Part shown: positions 43,740-57,500 of the stretch, piece after piece | Layout of the letters: each line of letters opens with the position of its first letter | Numbering within the stretch: position 1 is the stretch's first letter | DNA from: Amoebophrya sp. A120 | Taxonomy: Eukaryota > Protista > Dinoflagellata | Direction: 5' to 3' | Assembly (NCBI GenBank): GCA_905178155.1 | Contig: CAJINV010000005.1 | Coordinates: 7,432,989 to 7,496,988, forward strand | Length of the DNA stretch: 64,000 nucleotides | Translations under genes and position numbers: made by a program | The notes under the pieces: model-generated | Told to the model about the DNA's origin: nothing | Seen by the model: only the letters and a program-made list of their open reading frames with translations | The model's database searches: none

Positions 43740-46700
43740 ATGTCCGCCTCTACCCCAGGCGGTAAGGATTTCGTCCGCAGCTCTCAGGAATGGTGGGAGC
43801 AGCGGCAGAATCGCATGATCGAGCACGATATGGATTGCAAAAATGTCTGGGTCTGGAAAGTTGGAGCTTGTAATGCTAGTAGCTTTCCATTGCTAGGAAA
43901 TCTGTATTGCATACACCAACAAAAGTCGCAGCCTCTTTTGTCATGCAAAAACGCAGCTTCTTATGCGCAGTTCCTATCAAAAAGTTGTCATGCTGGGCTG
44001 GTGCATTCGGAACTGTTTCCATCAGCCATATTTTCGCATCACAAGTTTCCAGACCCAGACATCATATTTCCATTTGATACACGAAAGGCAGCTGCAGCAA
44101 ATTTCCTCCTCCCGAACGCCTTCGATGGGCACCACTGGCACGATGTTGAAAAGCGCTGCAATTTCGAAAGAACCAACGAGCATGATCGGCACCATTGGTA
44201 AAAACGACGCAACCATTACAACCACCGGTGAAGAAGATCAAGAACAAAAGCCACTGGACAGCGAAGGTCTGAAAGACGAGCAGAAAATCTACGAGCGGTT
44301 GGTAAAAAACCGCACAATGGTCAGCACGCGGAACCATCCTGGCGCCGTCGGGACTACCACTACAAATACAATTACATCTTCAAACAGAGACCAAAGAACT
44401 ACTACGTCAGCAGCTCACGACAATACTTTCTCCCCTTCCTACCGGAACAACGTGTACGCGAAGGAGTGCAGCCCGCGAAGGAACCTGCTCCGGACCGCGG
44501 TCGTGCACAAGGAAGCGGCGAGGCAGATCTTGCAAAAGACGAAATTCATGACCAGTGAGGAGCGGAGAGAGGTCGCGGAAAAAATTTTCACGACTAGCAC
44601 TAACAGGAACGATAGACCTCTGACAGGAGGATCTTCGCTGTTTGAAGAACATCATCAATCCGAGATGAATCCCGATCCGGGGCTGATGCAGCAGCTCATG
44701 GATGAGGTGTGGTCTTTGGAAGCGGCTTTGCGAACCTGCGAGCAACAAATCACGAACATGCTAGACAACGAGCCGATATCACAGGAAAAAGTGCTAACGT
44801 TAACGGTTTTCATAGATGGCAAAAATGCATGACAAATTTTGCCGAGCATGCATGCTATGCATGACAAATTTTGGCACGTTTTGTGATGCATTTCTGCATC
44901 ACAAATTCCGTTAACGTTAACACTTTTTCCTGTGATAGCCGAAGCTCGCCTTTCTCGCGGAGATCGAGAGGGAAACGGTTGAGGCGCGGGAACTATGCCT
45001 TGCAAATCTATCGAATTCGTCGTAGTTGGAATCGCAGTGATGCATGACAGATCTATCTTTGTAGGAAAACCACCATTACAAATTTCACTTATCATGGCGA
45101 CAAATCTTGTCATGCGATTTCGACTACTACGATAGTTTTGCAATGCATAGGGGCAATTCAAGCTGGTGAACGATCAGCTACACAAACTGGAAGAAGAAAA
45201 CACGAAAGTGGTGGAGGATTTGAGAAAAGCCGAGGAAGCGGCGAAAGGGTATAAGAACCAGTAGTGGGAAGTGCAGGTGCAATCATACATGACAGATCCT
45301 CCTTCTCAGCTAAATCAGCATGACAAATTCCATTTTTCGAGCTGAAGTAATTTGTGATGCAGTTCCTACTAATAATCTAATGGTAATGCGTTACTTTTCT
45401 CGTATGCATGATACGGTATCATGCATACGAAAAAAGTAACGCATTACCACAGGTACATGAAGAAGCTGGAGGGGCAGGATGAGCAGAACGCCAAACTTGA
45501 CGCAGATCTCCGCGACATGGTGCAGAAACTCACCCAGATCGACTCCGACCACATGCGAGAGCTGCAACAAGTGAGAAATGACCACCAGATTGCGATCATC
45601 GACCTGGACCAGCAACACGCCAAGGTGCACCGGGAACACGAACAGAAAGTTTTGGAGATGCACCGAGTCCTCGCGAAGGCGAACGGCGAGAACCAGCAGC
45701 TGATATCGCAAGAAAAAACTGTTTCACTGTTGTAAACTTGTGATGCATAGAACGGAGCGCAAATGTGTTTGTCTTGCTACAGATGCAAGACATTAGATTT
45801 TTAGCTGCGTTTTCCCTTCGGAAGCACGCATGTGAAGTTTTCTTTGTCATGTGTAGCGAACTTGTGATGCAGGATCTTGCAAAATCCTCACAGTGAGACA
45901 GTTTTTTCGTGGGATAAGTGATTACGAAGTTGCAATCCGAGCATCTGAACGAATTGGCGGAGCTGCGGAACCAATTTCAACAGGAAAGGATGGATTTGAT
46001 CGAGTTTAACCGCGATTCGATGCAACAGATTGAGATGGGGAAGCACACTGCCATCTTGGAACTGGGAACGAAGCAGGAGAGGGAACGGACCAAGCAGGTA
46101 AATGACCTGGAAGAGAAACTGTTGAAACAGGAAAGCTATCCTGTGCAAAAGTATCGCACTCGTAGTCATTGCAATCATGCATTGCAAATTATTTTCTTAA
46201 ACGTAAATCCGCATCACAAGTTCTATTTCTCATGCTGAGGAAACTTGTAATGCATTCATACGAGTGCCATGCTTGTTTTGCAATGCATAAAAGCCGGATC
46301 TTAGCGGATCAGGTCCGGGTCAAGGAGCTGGAACGCAAGTTGGCAGGTTATGAGGAAAGTGAAACTGCGGTAGGGGGAGCTGCTTCTGGGACGATAGGGC
46401 CGGAGAAGAAGAAGCTGTTGGATGCGCAAAAGGAAAAAATTGAAAAATTGGAGGAAGAGGTACTCGTACTACACAAATGCTTCTTATGTGTTTCTGAAGT
46501 GGGAAAGCACGACGTGACCGTGGTGCTCTTTGATGCAATACAGTGCGTGCTGCTAATAAACCCTAAGAACAAAGAAACGCGAACGCCGTTAGAAGTCTAC
46601 TTCTCACACTCACATCGCAGATTACCCGCTTGCAGACCGCACTTTCCGAGTCCCAGAAGGCACTTGAGGACGAGAGGAAGGAACACAAGGAACACAAAAA

Positions 46701-49700
46701 AGACTCGGAGAAAAAACACTCGCACCACGGTGGGGAAATGGCAGAGCTGAAAGAAAAGATCAAGGAGTTAGAGGCCAGGCTATTACAATGAAAAATGCCC
46801 CCACTCCCAAAGTTGCAAAAATTTGTGATGCGAAGTTTCCAAATGAAAACTTTCTGTCATGCATGAAAGGAGTATGAATCTTTCTGATGCAGGGTCTAGG
46901 CGTGTATCGCATCGCTTGCATGACAAGCACTGCTCTTGATGGGGTCTTTTGCAATACAAATCTTTGCTATTCGCGATTGGAAATCTGTGATGCTGATAGA
47001 TGCAAAAGGGTGAGTGTTTCACTTGGAAAGGTTTGCAATACAAATGCTCCCAAGTTCGGGGGTGGGGGCATTTTTCATTGTAATACAAGCTTGCAAAACA
47101 AGAAGAGGATCTGAGGAAAGAATTAGCCGTGGAGCTGGAGGAACAGGAGAGAGAGTATAAGAAAATGTTTTTTTCGTCAAGAGATGAAATTTGTCATGCG
47201 AAATACCGAATGTATGAACATGAACCGCATGACCGTCACCGTCCATGTTATCCGTGCATGACAAACCCAAACTCTACCAAAATAAAGGTTCGAAGCCCAC
47301 GTGACCGAGTTCCAGGCAGAGCGCGAGGCGTATGAGAAGCGGCACGAAAAAATTTTGAAGCACCAGGCGAACAAAAACTGGAAAGCCTTTACTATCTTCT
47401 GTAAACGCATCGCACTCATACAAAAGATGCCAGACAGGCATGGCAGATCTGCGTTTTTACTTGCATCTGCATGACAAATTCCACGCCTCTTCTCGAAAAG
47501 TAGTAGATTTGTGATGCAATAATCCCTAACTATGAGTGCGAAGATACTTGTGCAATGCATATCTACCTACGCGCTGCGATTCGAGAAGCTGGCGTTTCTC
47601 GCGCAGGAGGACATGCATATGACAGTGCACATCTCCCCCTCCCCCTCATTTGTATAGCATGAACGTCGGCAATACAAACATCAGCAAGAGTGCCGGTTTT
47701 GCATGTCAAATTTGAATTTCCACTGGATTGCAGTGCTGTTTGGGCCGCTACCAGAACTTGTCATGCAAACAGTGCCAAGAGACAAAGGGTTGACTGGGTA
47801 TTTTGCATGACAAATGAGCAGGGGGAGGGGGAGTCGTGCACTGTCATAATGCAGAACATGATCGGAATCATCAAACGGTACAAACGGAGAAATCGGCGGC
47901 AGTACCCTTTGCAAAAGTATCGTACTCGTACTAATTGCGTTTATGCGTTACAAATCTCTTTACTAAGGCAAATCCGCATTGCAAGTTTGATTTGTAATGC
48001 TAAGTGAATTTGTAATGCAATTTTATAGATGCTAGTACGATAATTTTGCAGTTCATAGGCAGTCGCAGGCGTTGATTACCGCCGGCACCATTGCGCGGAA
48101 TTCTGCGGGGCAGAAAAACCGGACCTCGCAGATAAAGAACTACTCGACGACGTCAGGACCAGGAGGTGGTGGTGAACAAATACAGGAACAACAACTCTCC
48201 CAGTCGGCTACAGAAGTCAAAAACCAAATTTTGACTGCCGGCCAACACAACCGACAACTGGCAATGGACACGGAAAGCGTAAACGACATGGAAAATCATA
48301 GTACCGAGGAAAGAACACCCCGGCTCGGGCGGAAATCGTACGGGAGCGTGGATGTGGCTGCAGTCAGTGGGAAAACATCATCTTCGAATAAAATGTTGAA
48401 GCCTGCTGACAAGGACCCCAACTCGTCACCTGCGAAGGTCGTGCATGATCAACACTTCTCAGTGCTTCCTCGAACAAAATCCTCCTCCTCTTCCTCTTCC
48501 TCGACTAAAATCTTGCACAGCGGGACACGTCGCAGCTACGTAGACCGGCGAGAATCTTCGTCAGCGATTTTGCAGCAGCAGCAGAAGTATGCATTGCAAA
48601 AGTATCGTACTAGTAGACATTGCATTACAAACAGTCTCAGCATGATTACAAATAAAATTTGTAATGCGGATTTACCTTGATAGCTAGGTTTGTAATGCAT
48701 GACTGCGATTACTACGAAACGAGTACGATATACTTTTGCACTGGATAAGGAGGCGGGAGGTGGTCCCCTTCGGGAGAAGTTGGACGATTTTGATGTGGAT
48801 GATGAAAACGAAGAAGCAGTTGAAGATGATGGACTAAGGGAGAATGTTGATACCACCAACGCCGATATGAACCAGAGCGAAGGTCTGCTAATCGACAGTG
48901 TTCTGCAGGAAAACGCAGCTCTCAGTAGAGATCGCGACGACGCTATCCTGTGCAAAAGTATCGCACTCGTATTGCAATCATGCATTACAAATTTTTTTCT
49001 CAAGGTAAATTCGCATTTACAAATTTTATTTCTCATGTTGAGGGAACAATTTGTCATGCATTTATACGAGTGCGATACAACTTTTGCAGTTCATAGACGC
49101 CCGGAAGTCCGTGAAATCACTAGAAGAGAAACTACGGGTATTGGAAAACGCCCAGCGGAAAGACGAGAGAACAGCAGTAGAAGTTTATTCTGGCGCAACA
49201 AGAGCCACCTCCTCTTCTAGCAAGCAAAAAAAACCTGTCGCGGAGAAAAAGCTAGTTCTGGCCCGGGGCGAGATTCCAACCCCGACGGAAAGTGAGACGC
49301 ACTCGGTGATGTCGGAGATCAATAATTTGGAGGTTGTTCACGATAGTACCGACTATCAACAGAACAAGCAGCAACTGGTGTCCTCAAGAGGGGCGCTTAG
49401 GGAAGGGGCGCACCGGTTCGCGAGGAGGAATAGCGCTACTTCCTATGGCCTCCTCAAGCGTTACAATCTCAAACGTTGCAATAGAATCGGAATATGTGTT
49501 GCATGATGAGCATGACAGATTCGCACAGCGTTCCACCTTTTGCAATACGAACTCCGCCAGATTCTAGTGCGGGTTGGAGCTGCAGAACTTGTCATGCGCA
49601 ATCCTGTGCTGGGAGTAGGGTAGATCGTGCACTTTTTGCATGACAGATTTCCACAGTTCTATTGTAACGTTTGAGATTGTAACAGCTGAGCAGGTTATAC

Positions 49701-52450
49701 TTCCTCCGGCGCATCTTCCTCGTCTTCAAAAGATTTTCCCGGCGGAGGTCGGTTGAAAAGCATATCGTCAGGAAGCAGGACGAAAACCACTCCCGATGCG
49801 AACAACCAGAGCTTTCTTTTCTACAATGATGCCGTCGCCGCGGAAAGTAGTCTAGGACTTAGAACAGCTCTGCATGATACTAGTACCGGCACGTCGACAG
49901 AGCGGACCGCCTTCTTCAAAAAAGATACTGCTGCTGCACCAGAGGTAGAAGCTCTAGCGGGTTCTGGTGTATTAGCCAGCATGACAGAAGTTCCAGAATA
50001 CCGGGAAATCGCTTTTCCGGACACGCTGCGAAAAGGAACCACGGCAGCGACAAGAGACAGGAGTAGGTCCAGCAAGATGAGACAACCAAAAACAAAAGTT
50101 GCGAAGAACTCCGGAGCAGGAGGTGGAGCTTCTGCTGCTACAACTTCCTCCTCCTCCTCCTCCTCCTCGTCAGCAAGCAGGTCAAACAAGAAAGCACAAA
50201 AAAGTCCCGTCGATTTGGTTTTGGGAAAGAACGGTAACTACCAGGATGAAAAAGTAGAACAAGAAACACCAACAAGTAGGATAAAAATTCATTCCCATCC
50301 TCCCCGCCCACCATCCGTGTTGCAAAAAATCTGGCGGTCCTTCCTTCAGTGGAAAAACGAGATGGCGCAGCCTTTGGAAGACGAATTTTTCGCCCTGTCC
50401 GCGCAAGACTGGCGTAACAGCGCCAACCGACAGCTGATCCAGGACCTCTGGAACCACGCAGAAGAGGCCCTGATCGCTTTGCAGGGGCAGTGGGCAAAGG
50501 AGCTGCTGACCCTGGATTCCCAGGAGAGCGACGCATTGCACGATTGGCGCGAAGCGAAGCTGGCGAAGATAAAAACAAGCTACGAAAGCGCCTGGAAAAA
50601 GTGCTTTCTTTCGACAGCAGCTGACGGCGCAGCGATCGCCGTATCATCTCCATGTTCGGGAATAGTATTAAACACTTCCATGATTTCAACACCCCACGAA
50701 CAGGTGAAAGCAAGGGTTTGCGGCAGGATAGCTGAGTTTAAACAGCGGATGGGCGAGTTGTCATCTTCGTCTAGTAGCTCCGGAGCATCTTCTATCGTGA
50801 GAAAAAAGTGTTACAGTTACACACTCTGATGGGAGACAAGCAAGACAGACAACCTCTGTCATGCAGGAAATGCTCTCCAGCCTCATTTCATCGGTGTTTT
50901 CCCTTATAGTCTACGCATCACAGGTTTTCTTAGCCATGTCGAGCAACTTTGTGATGCAGGAACTCCACCAAATGTGTAACTGTAACACTTTTTTCCTGTG
51001 ACATCTTCACTGAAGCGCCTCGACGCTGCTGCGGTAACAACAGCCGCTGCACGAACTAGATCCGACCCCGACCTCCCAGATCCCCGGCGCCTCCTCGCGT
51101 TGAACCGGCTGGCGTGGAAAAAAATCGCGAAGCGGAAGCCGATTGAACTGTGGCGGGACAGTGTGCTGCTGCAGCCCGCGGTGGATGATTTTGCACGGGA
51201 ATTGAAGGAGTTTCTGGATGAGAACATCAGCTGTCACACAGAACAAAATAGCACAAGACCGGGATCAGCAGCAGCAACCGCGAGTAGATACAACCAGCAC
51301 AAGAGACTGCGCCGAGTGCTGTCCTTGTCGAAATCGATGGCGCGGGGCGTGGAGAAGCAGATCCTCGCTAGTGATTTGCCAGCAAGCGGCGCAGCTTCTG
51401 CGTCGAAGTCGAAGAAGAGAAAGGGTTGTAATACAAGCGGCAGGACAATAGCAACATCTTCAACTCGTGACGATACTGCTCTCTCTGCCGTGAAACTGAA
51501 GGACATTGCGAGGTGTTGTCTGGTGGTGGCAACGTTTGAGGATGTTGCTGCGGTTTTGGACCATTTGGAGGGGGAGGTATAATTACTTGACTATATCAAG
51601 CTGTACGTGTACTTTTTTTTTAGCTGATTTTTGATTCGCGTTTTTGATTTGGTTTTCATGCTGTTGCTGACCGTGGTAGTGCCTTGAGAAATTCTTACTT
51701 CAAATGCAGTTTCTAAATGCTGCATGAAATAAAGACGAATACCAGATCAAATAATCTCGAATGTGATCGAATATGACAATTTCCATCTCGCCCCAGCTCT
51801 CCCGAACTATCGGCGTGTTCTTCGTCAAGGACCGGATGTTCGAGCTTCATTATGAAAGTGCACAGCTCCCCCTCCTCATTTGTCATGTAGAAACCCGAAT
51901 CCAGTTGCGTCCTTGTGGCATCGTGTGCATGACAAATTTCGGTGGAAATCCGAACAGAACTACGCTCGGCGCATAATCTTGTCATGCACAGGGTCCATCT
52001 GTGTTGGTGTTTCTGTTTGTAATTACACAAAATAGAACGCACTTCAATCCCAAAATAAATCTCCTTTCTTTCTTTTTTCCTTGTTTCCTTTTTTCCTTCC
52101 AATTCGCACGCAATAATTATCGCTACGGGCCTTGAGCGCTAGCCTAAACCGGATTTGTAATGCTATTCATGTCATACAAATGAGGGGGAGGGGGAGTTGT
52201 GCATTTGCATACTCATCCCGAAGATGACACGAAGATGCAACGACCTTCGTCCCATTGGCGCGACCTGCTCTTTTACCTCTGCTTTCGCGCCAAGCCAGAC
52301 GTCGTGTTTGAGCTGCAACTCGTGCATTACGGGATGAAAAGTGCGGACTTGAGGAGTGGTTGTCATGCGAATGGGGGAGCACAGAAAGAGGAAACGGTTT
52401 GGGAGCAGCTCCGGTTGTTGCACGAAATTTCCTGTGCTGGTCGCGGGTAA
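43740..52450 (+). CDS. Long coiled-coil protein with C-terminal RelA/SpoT-synthetase-like nucleotidyltransferase domain
   Basis: Continuous frame across introners starting at 43829, 44777, 44994, 45249, 45704, 46137, 46781, about 47156, 47393, 47618, 47903, 48588, 48944, 49444, 50793 and 51851, plus GT-AG introns 46460-46620 and 51577-51796. C-terminal motifs KSMARGVEK, LKDIARCCLVV, VKDRM, WRDLLFYL, VFELQLVH. Confidence 0.68.
45381..45449. repeat. Near-perfect 34-bp-arm hairpin inside an intron
   Basis: tggtaatgcgttacttttctcgtatgcatgatac-g-gtatcatgcatacgaaaaaagtaacgcattacca, one mismatch. Confidence 0.9.
46781..47085. mobile_element. Introner family G (TATTACAATGAAAAATGCCCCCAC TIR)
   Basis: TSD CAGGC/CAAGC. 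Reverse-oriented sister copy at 59421-59733. Confidence 0.9.
50793..51003. mobile_element. Introner family I (AAAAAAGTGTTACAGTTACAC TIR)
   Basis: TSD TCTTC. Sisters at 60413-60643 (opposite orientation) and 63224-63427. Confidence 0.88.
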
Positions 52451-54569
52451 GTAGTAGATCCAGAAGGCAGCTATAGCGCCTCGATCAAAGCGTGCAGTGA
52501 AAGCGTTAGAACGAAACTGAAAGCTGCCGGAGTCGTGTGGCTCCAAGAAAAAAAAAGAAAAACAAAAGTTTTGCACGACGAAGGACTGCCTTGCTACTAG
52601 GAGTGCGCAGGCGATGAAAGTAGATGATATCAAGTTCAGATTGTGATTAAACCAAACAGAAGGAGCAAAAAAATTGTACAATGATAGAAGTATCCTATGA
52701 CTCATCAGGAGCATCGTTTTCAAAATTAAAACACGGATTGAAAGAAAGATAGACCTAAATAGAAAGTGAATGAATAGGAGCGAAGCTGCGTAGCAATGGC
52801 CAAGGCGAGCAAGCCCTCAGGACTTTGTAGACGAGGCAATGCAATAGCCGCCAACTTTGCATTTGCAAGCTTGTCGGGTACCAGCTTGGCGGCGTATATA
52901 TAATTCTCTAGTCTTGCGGCCGGAACCGGAAGTAAAGAAGAACTTGAGCTGTTGTACCAAATGTAAAGATATGACCTAGTTTATTCGTAGTTTCATATCC
53001 TTTCCCAGAAACCATCGAGGTAGAAGACCACGACGAGAGGCTTGTATTTACAACGACGAGTTGCATCGTAGTAGGGCTTCCTATAATTGAAAAGTTGTAG
53101 CTCTCCTGATTCTAATCATCATGTCTTAGTCTTGCCAGAAACTGAACTGGAGAAAAATCGACCAATGAATAATTGTACACTCTACTGTTCCACCTCCAAG
53201 TAAATGTTTGGAGAATAGTTTTGCGAAGTGGCAGAAATTACTCCTTTTAAGGAGTCGCCGCTTGTTCATCTTGTGCGACGAGGGCGGGTGTTTTCTCTAG
53301 AATTCCCTTGGCGTTCCGCTCACGCTACGCAGCTTGATACGCATCATCTGTCTGAAAGTTTGCATATCATGTAAAACCAAAGTCGGTAAATCTCCGTGAG
53401 AATTTGAATTGTTTGTGGCTTTAGCTCAAGGTCAAGCTCTTTTCTCTAGAACTTTCGCTCGGTTGTACTACACGAGCGTCGCCTTCGTTCTCTTTGAGCT
53501 TGGTCATTTTTCGGTAGACAGCATTTTCTCTTCGTCTTCGGTAGATTTCTTCATTCGTACACAGCTCTCTGAGCAGATGACTTCGGTTGTACCCAGGACC
53601 TTCCCTCGTCGATTTGGCTCGTCGGTATCGTACTCAGGTACGCTGTTTAAAAGACAGGATTACAACTTCCTTTTCGGTGCGTCACAGAAGTAGTACGTAC
53701 ATTTTAGTCGTTGTTGTCATCATCATTTTGTACTACGTCCGCGGCAAAAAAACTTTCGCACGAAGATGAACTCCTCGTGCAACGAAAAACGTTCGCGACA
53801 TGATCATGCGTCGCACTTCTAAAAAACCATTCTCGTCATGCAAGAACGTCGTGCAAGCCTGTCGTGCTCTACATCTACTCTCTTGCGCTTAGGACGTCGG
53901 TTTCGAGAAAGCAAAACTATCTGTTCGACGTCTTCATGGAAACAGGAAAAAACTCGTCGTGAAGGTGATAGTAACCCTACTGTCTCGTCACACCCCTGAG
54001 AAATTTTGTTTTGCGAAAGTAAAAACTTCTTGACAGTCAGCTTACGACTCTCCATCTTTTTTCGACCCTGAACTTTTTTGATCAGTTGCGTCGTCGACTG
54101 ACAACACAAAACCGACCTCCCCTGGTGGTTTTTCTTACTCGCGTTCCAACTACGTACATTTTTCATCAACGTGCGAGAAGCAAAAATTCCAATACCACAA
54201 GACTCGTCCACGACCTCCGGGCAAGCAGGAAGACGGAGCTGACGCCAGCACTGCGAACGCACCAATTGCGCAGAGATCAAAGACGCAACCAGGTACTATG
54301 TGCTGCTTTATTTGATAGATATTGATGAAGTTGTTGAAACTCTTCAAACAGCCCCGCTTTCTCATTCGCACCGAATCACTACAAGAAGTTGTTTCTGTTG
54401 TAGTTATGCCAGAGAAGAGCTTGTAAGAAGTACTTAGCTCTGCCTACTTCTTACACGGGCACTCGCACTGTGACTACACCGGAGCAGAGCGTACAACCCA
54501 CTTCTACAGCGGGATGATTAAAACGTTTTCCAATCCTCACACTGGAACACCGCACAGGACCACGAGAAG

Positions 54570-57500
54570 ATGAAGCAGCTCTTGTCCCACTGGAGCTACT
54601 CCACACGGATGAGCAAGAAGAACAAGCTGCACAGCATGATTCTCGGCCCGCTCCTCGGCCTGTTTCATCTCCAGAGCGGGCTACTGGGGCACAAAAATTT
54701 GATGGTAGTTGTTTCCGCCTCCGCGGCCGACCTGGTGTCAGGAGGACATCATGACGAGCAACTGCACGACAAGAACGAAGACCTACTTGTTCCTACGACC
54801 ACTGTATCAAATGTAAAAATGTCTGGGTCTGGAAGAGTGGAACTTGTAATGCGTATTTCAGAACACAGAAAAGTCTCTCATGCATACGTAGCAAAAGCTC
54901 CCACTTTTTGTCAGAAAAATAGGGGACTTGTCATGCGGATTCGGCATTGCGGAAGGTTCTCGAAACCTGTGATGCTAGAGCTTCCATGCCAGACCTTCTG
55001 TGTCATGCAAAAACAGCATGACTCTTCCAGACCCAGACATTTTTGCATTTGATACACTGCCACTGCTACCTCCATGCTTCCGACGCCGGTTGACGACGAC
55101 GACGATTTCGTGAATGCCGAGGACGTATGAATTGCAAAAGACTCGTACTCGTGTAAATGCATTACAAATACAAACTTCCTCAGCTGCATGGGAAATAAAA
55201 TCTGTATCTGTAATGCGGATCTACCCTAAGAAACAGATTTGTAAATGCATGACTGCAATGATCACTACGAGTGCGACACTTTTGCACAGCATAGGACGAT
55301 GACGAGAGCGACTGGGACTTTGAGAGCTGCATGGAAAATGAACGTCTGACATATCGCAAGAAAAAACTGTTTCAGTGTAAACTTGTAATGCAGAAAATGT
55401 ATGTGAGAAGTGTTTGTCTTGCTACACATGCAAGACAATGGATTTTTAGCTGTGTTTTCCCTTTGGAATCTCGCATGGCAAATTTTCTTTATGATGTAGA
55501 GCAAACTTGTGATGCAAAACTTGCAAAATCCTTACAGTGAAGCACTTTTTTCGTACGATATGACACGAGCAAAGTTTGATGCCGACAGGCGGCTGCCGGG
55601 CACGGAGAAAGATGTTGTGCCCTCCGCCATGCTATCAACTGCAAATATGGCTGGTTCTGGAAAAGTGCACGGTTTGTCATGCTAGGCTAGCAAGATTTTT
55701 AAGTCTGTCATGTACGTTACCCAAAAGCGCTATTTTTCTGTGATGCAGAACGCAGTTTGTCATGCAGAATAGGCAACACTTGGAAGCTCAGAAACTTGTC
55801 ATGCTGAGCCATCAACATTTGTGGCCTCCACATGCTAAGTCACTCAGCATTACAATTTTCCAGACCCAGACATATTTCCAGTTGATACATGCTGCAGCGG
55901 AAGCTCTTGCCCGAGGACACTAGCACAGCAGGAGTTCTTGCAGGAGCCGCGTGGAACAACACTTCCGCTTCAGACGAAGATCCTTCCGCTTTGCTGCAAC
56001 TGACAGAGCGCGAGCGGAATGAGATTGAGAACAAGAAGAAGAAGAAGGATTGTTGCGGACCAGACGAAAAGGACTACAGCGAGTCTGTCGAGGCGGGAAA
56101 AGGAAATGCTTGCGGGAAATGCTGCGGAAAGGCGAACGGCAAAAACTGGGCGAAAACCATGTTCGCGAAAAACATGAGGGTGAAGGTGAAAGATTCCTGG
56201 TTCAAAGTGGTGGAGAACGGCGTTTACAAGGGGAGATCCCGGTATGGGAGTGTCAGGATCGAAATCGTCCAAGTTGAAACGGTTGAAGTTGAAATAGTTT
56301 GTCATGCATAAAATGCAACGCAAAAATTGCCTCTCATGCAGAGGACGCAAGAGAGGCAGACTGTAGTACTGGCAAGGGTCGAGAATTGGGCTGCTGATTA
56401 GCATCACAGAGGAGAGCCCTTTTGCCCTAAACAGCATGACAAACTGGCTTCCTGCACGGACAAAAATTGTCATGCGCCGACTAGAAACTGTGGGTCCAAT
56501 TGGTATCGATTTTATGCATTACAAGTAATTCCAACTTTGTCGATTTCGATCCTGACAGTTCCATACCCGGGGCGCTGGCTACACGCTTGCCGTGGTGAAA
56601 ATGGTGCGGAAGAGCGACAAACAGCCATACATAATGAAGGTTTACCGCGCTATCGAGGGCCCGACCGACACACTGCGCAAAAAGGGCGACCGACACAAAA
56701 TGAAGCACCGGTTCAATTACTACAGAAATTTGCGTTGGGTCACCAGGTCGGTCAACAAGTACTACGAGGACCACTACCGCGGTGCGGAGCCGGATGGCGA
56801 CCCAGCGTATCTGCATTTCGAAACGCTGGCGGACGAGGCGGTCAAAATGGAAGCCCCTCTGTACTTTGAAGATCTGACCAAGAAAAAGCGGGCGCGGCGC
56901 GCGGACGAGCGCGATGTCATTCCCCTCAGCGATGACAAAGACGGCGCGGAGATGATGGTATCGTAAGGGAAAATCCCCCCCTCCTCCCCATAGCGAAACA
57001 CGACACGACCAAAGAACCTTTTCAATCCTGATTTGTGAGGACCACGACACATCGTCGTCCCTGTCTACTTGCAGTGAGGCAACTTCTACCCCAGTGCAGG
57101 CTTCGCCGCATTAGGGAGGCAGAAGTCGGTTGTAACGCTGTTGAGCACAGCACTACAGCGCAGACGCCCTTGCCGTGCTAGGCGCCTACGTCAAAACCTC
57201 TCTGCAGCTCAGGCTTGGGGTTACTTATATGCCCAGTATACTAGTAGTAGGAGGCGGATCTTCTGTGGTCTTGCAGTGTGTAGTGGCTACTGCATGACAT
57301 CAAATCGAATTTTTGTACCCGCACCCGCAAATCCAAATCCGGCATAAGGAAGGAAACGTCGTTTTGAACTGGGGACGAGGGGGGATTTTTCATTTTGATA
57401 GATGGGCCTTTTGGTCCGGTCCTCCTGCCTATGCATTGCAAAAGTATCGTACTAGTATAAACCAGCCATGCTCCGGCTGCCGCCGGAGCGCAAGGCTGTG

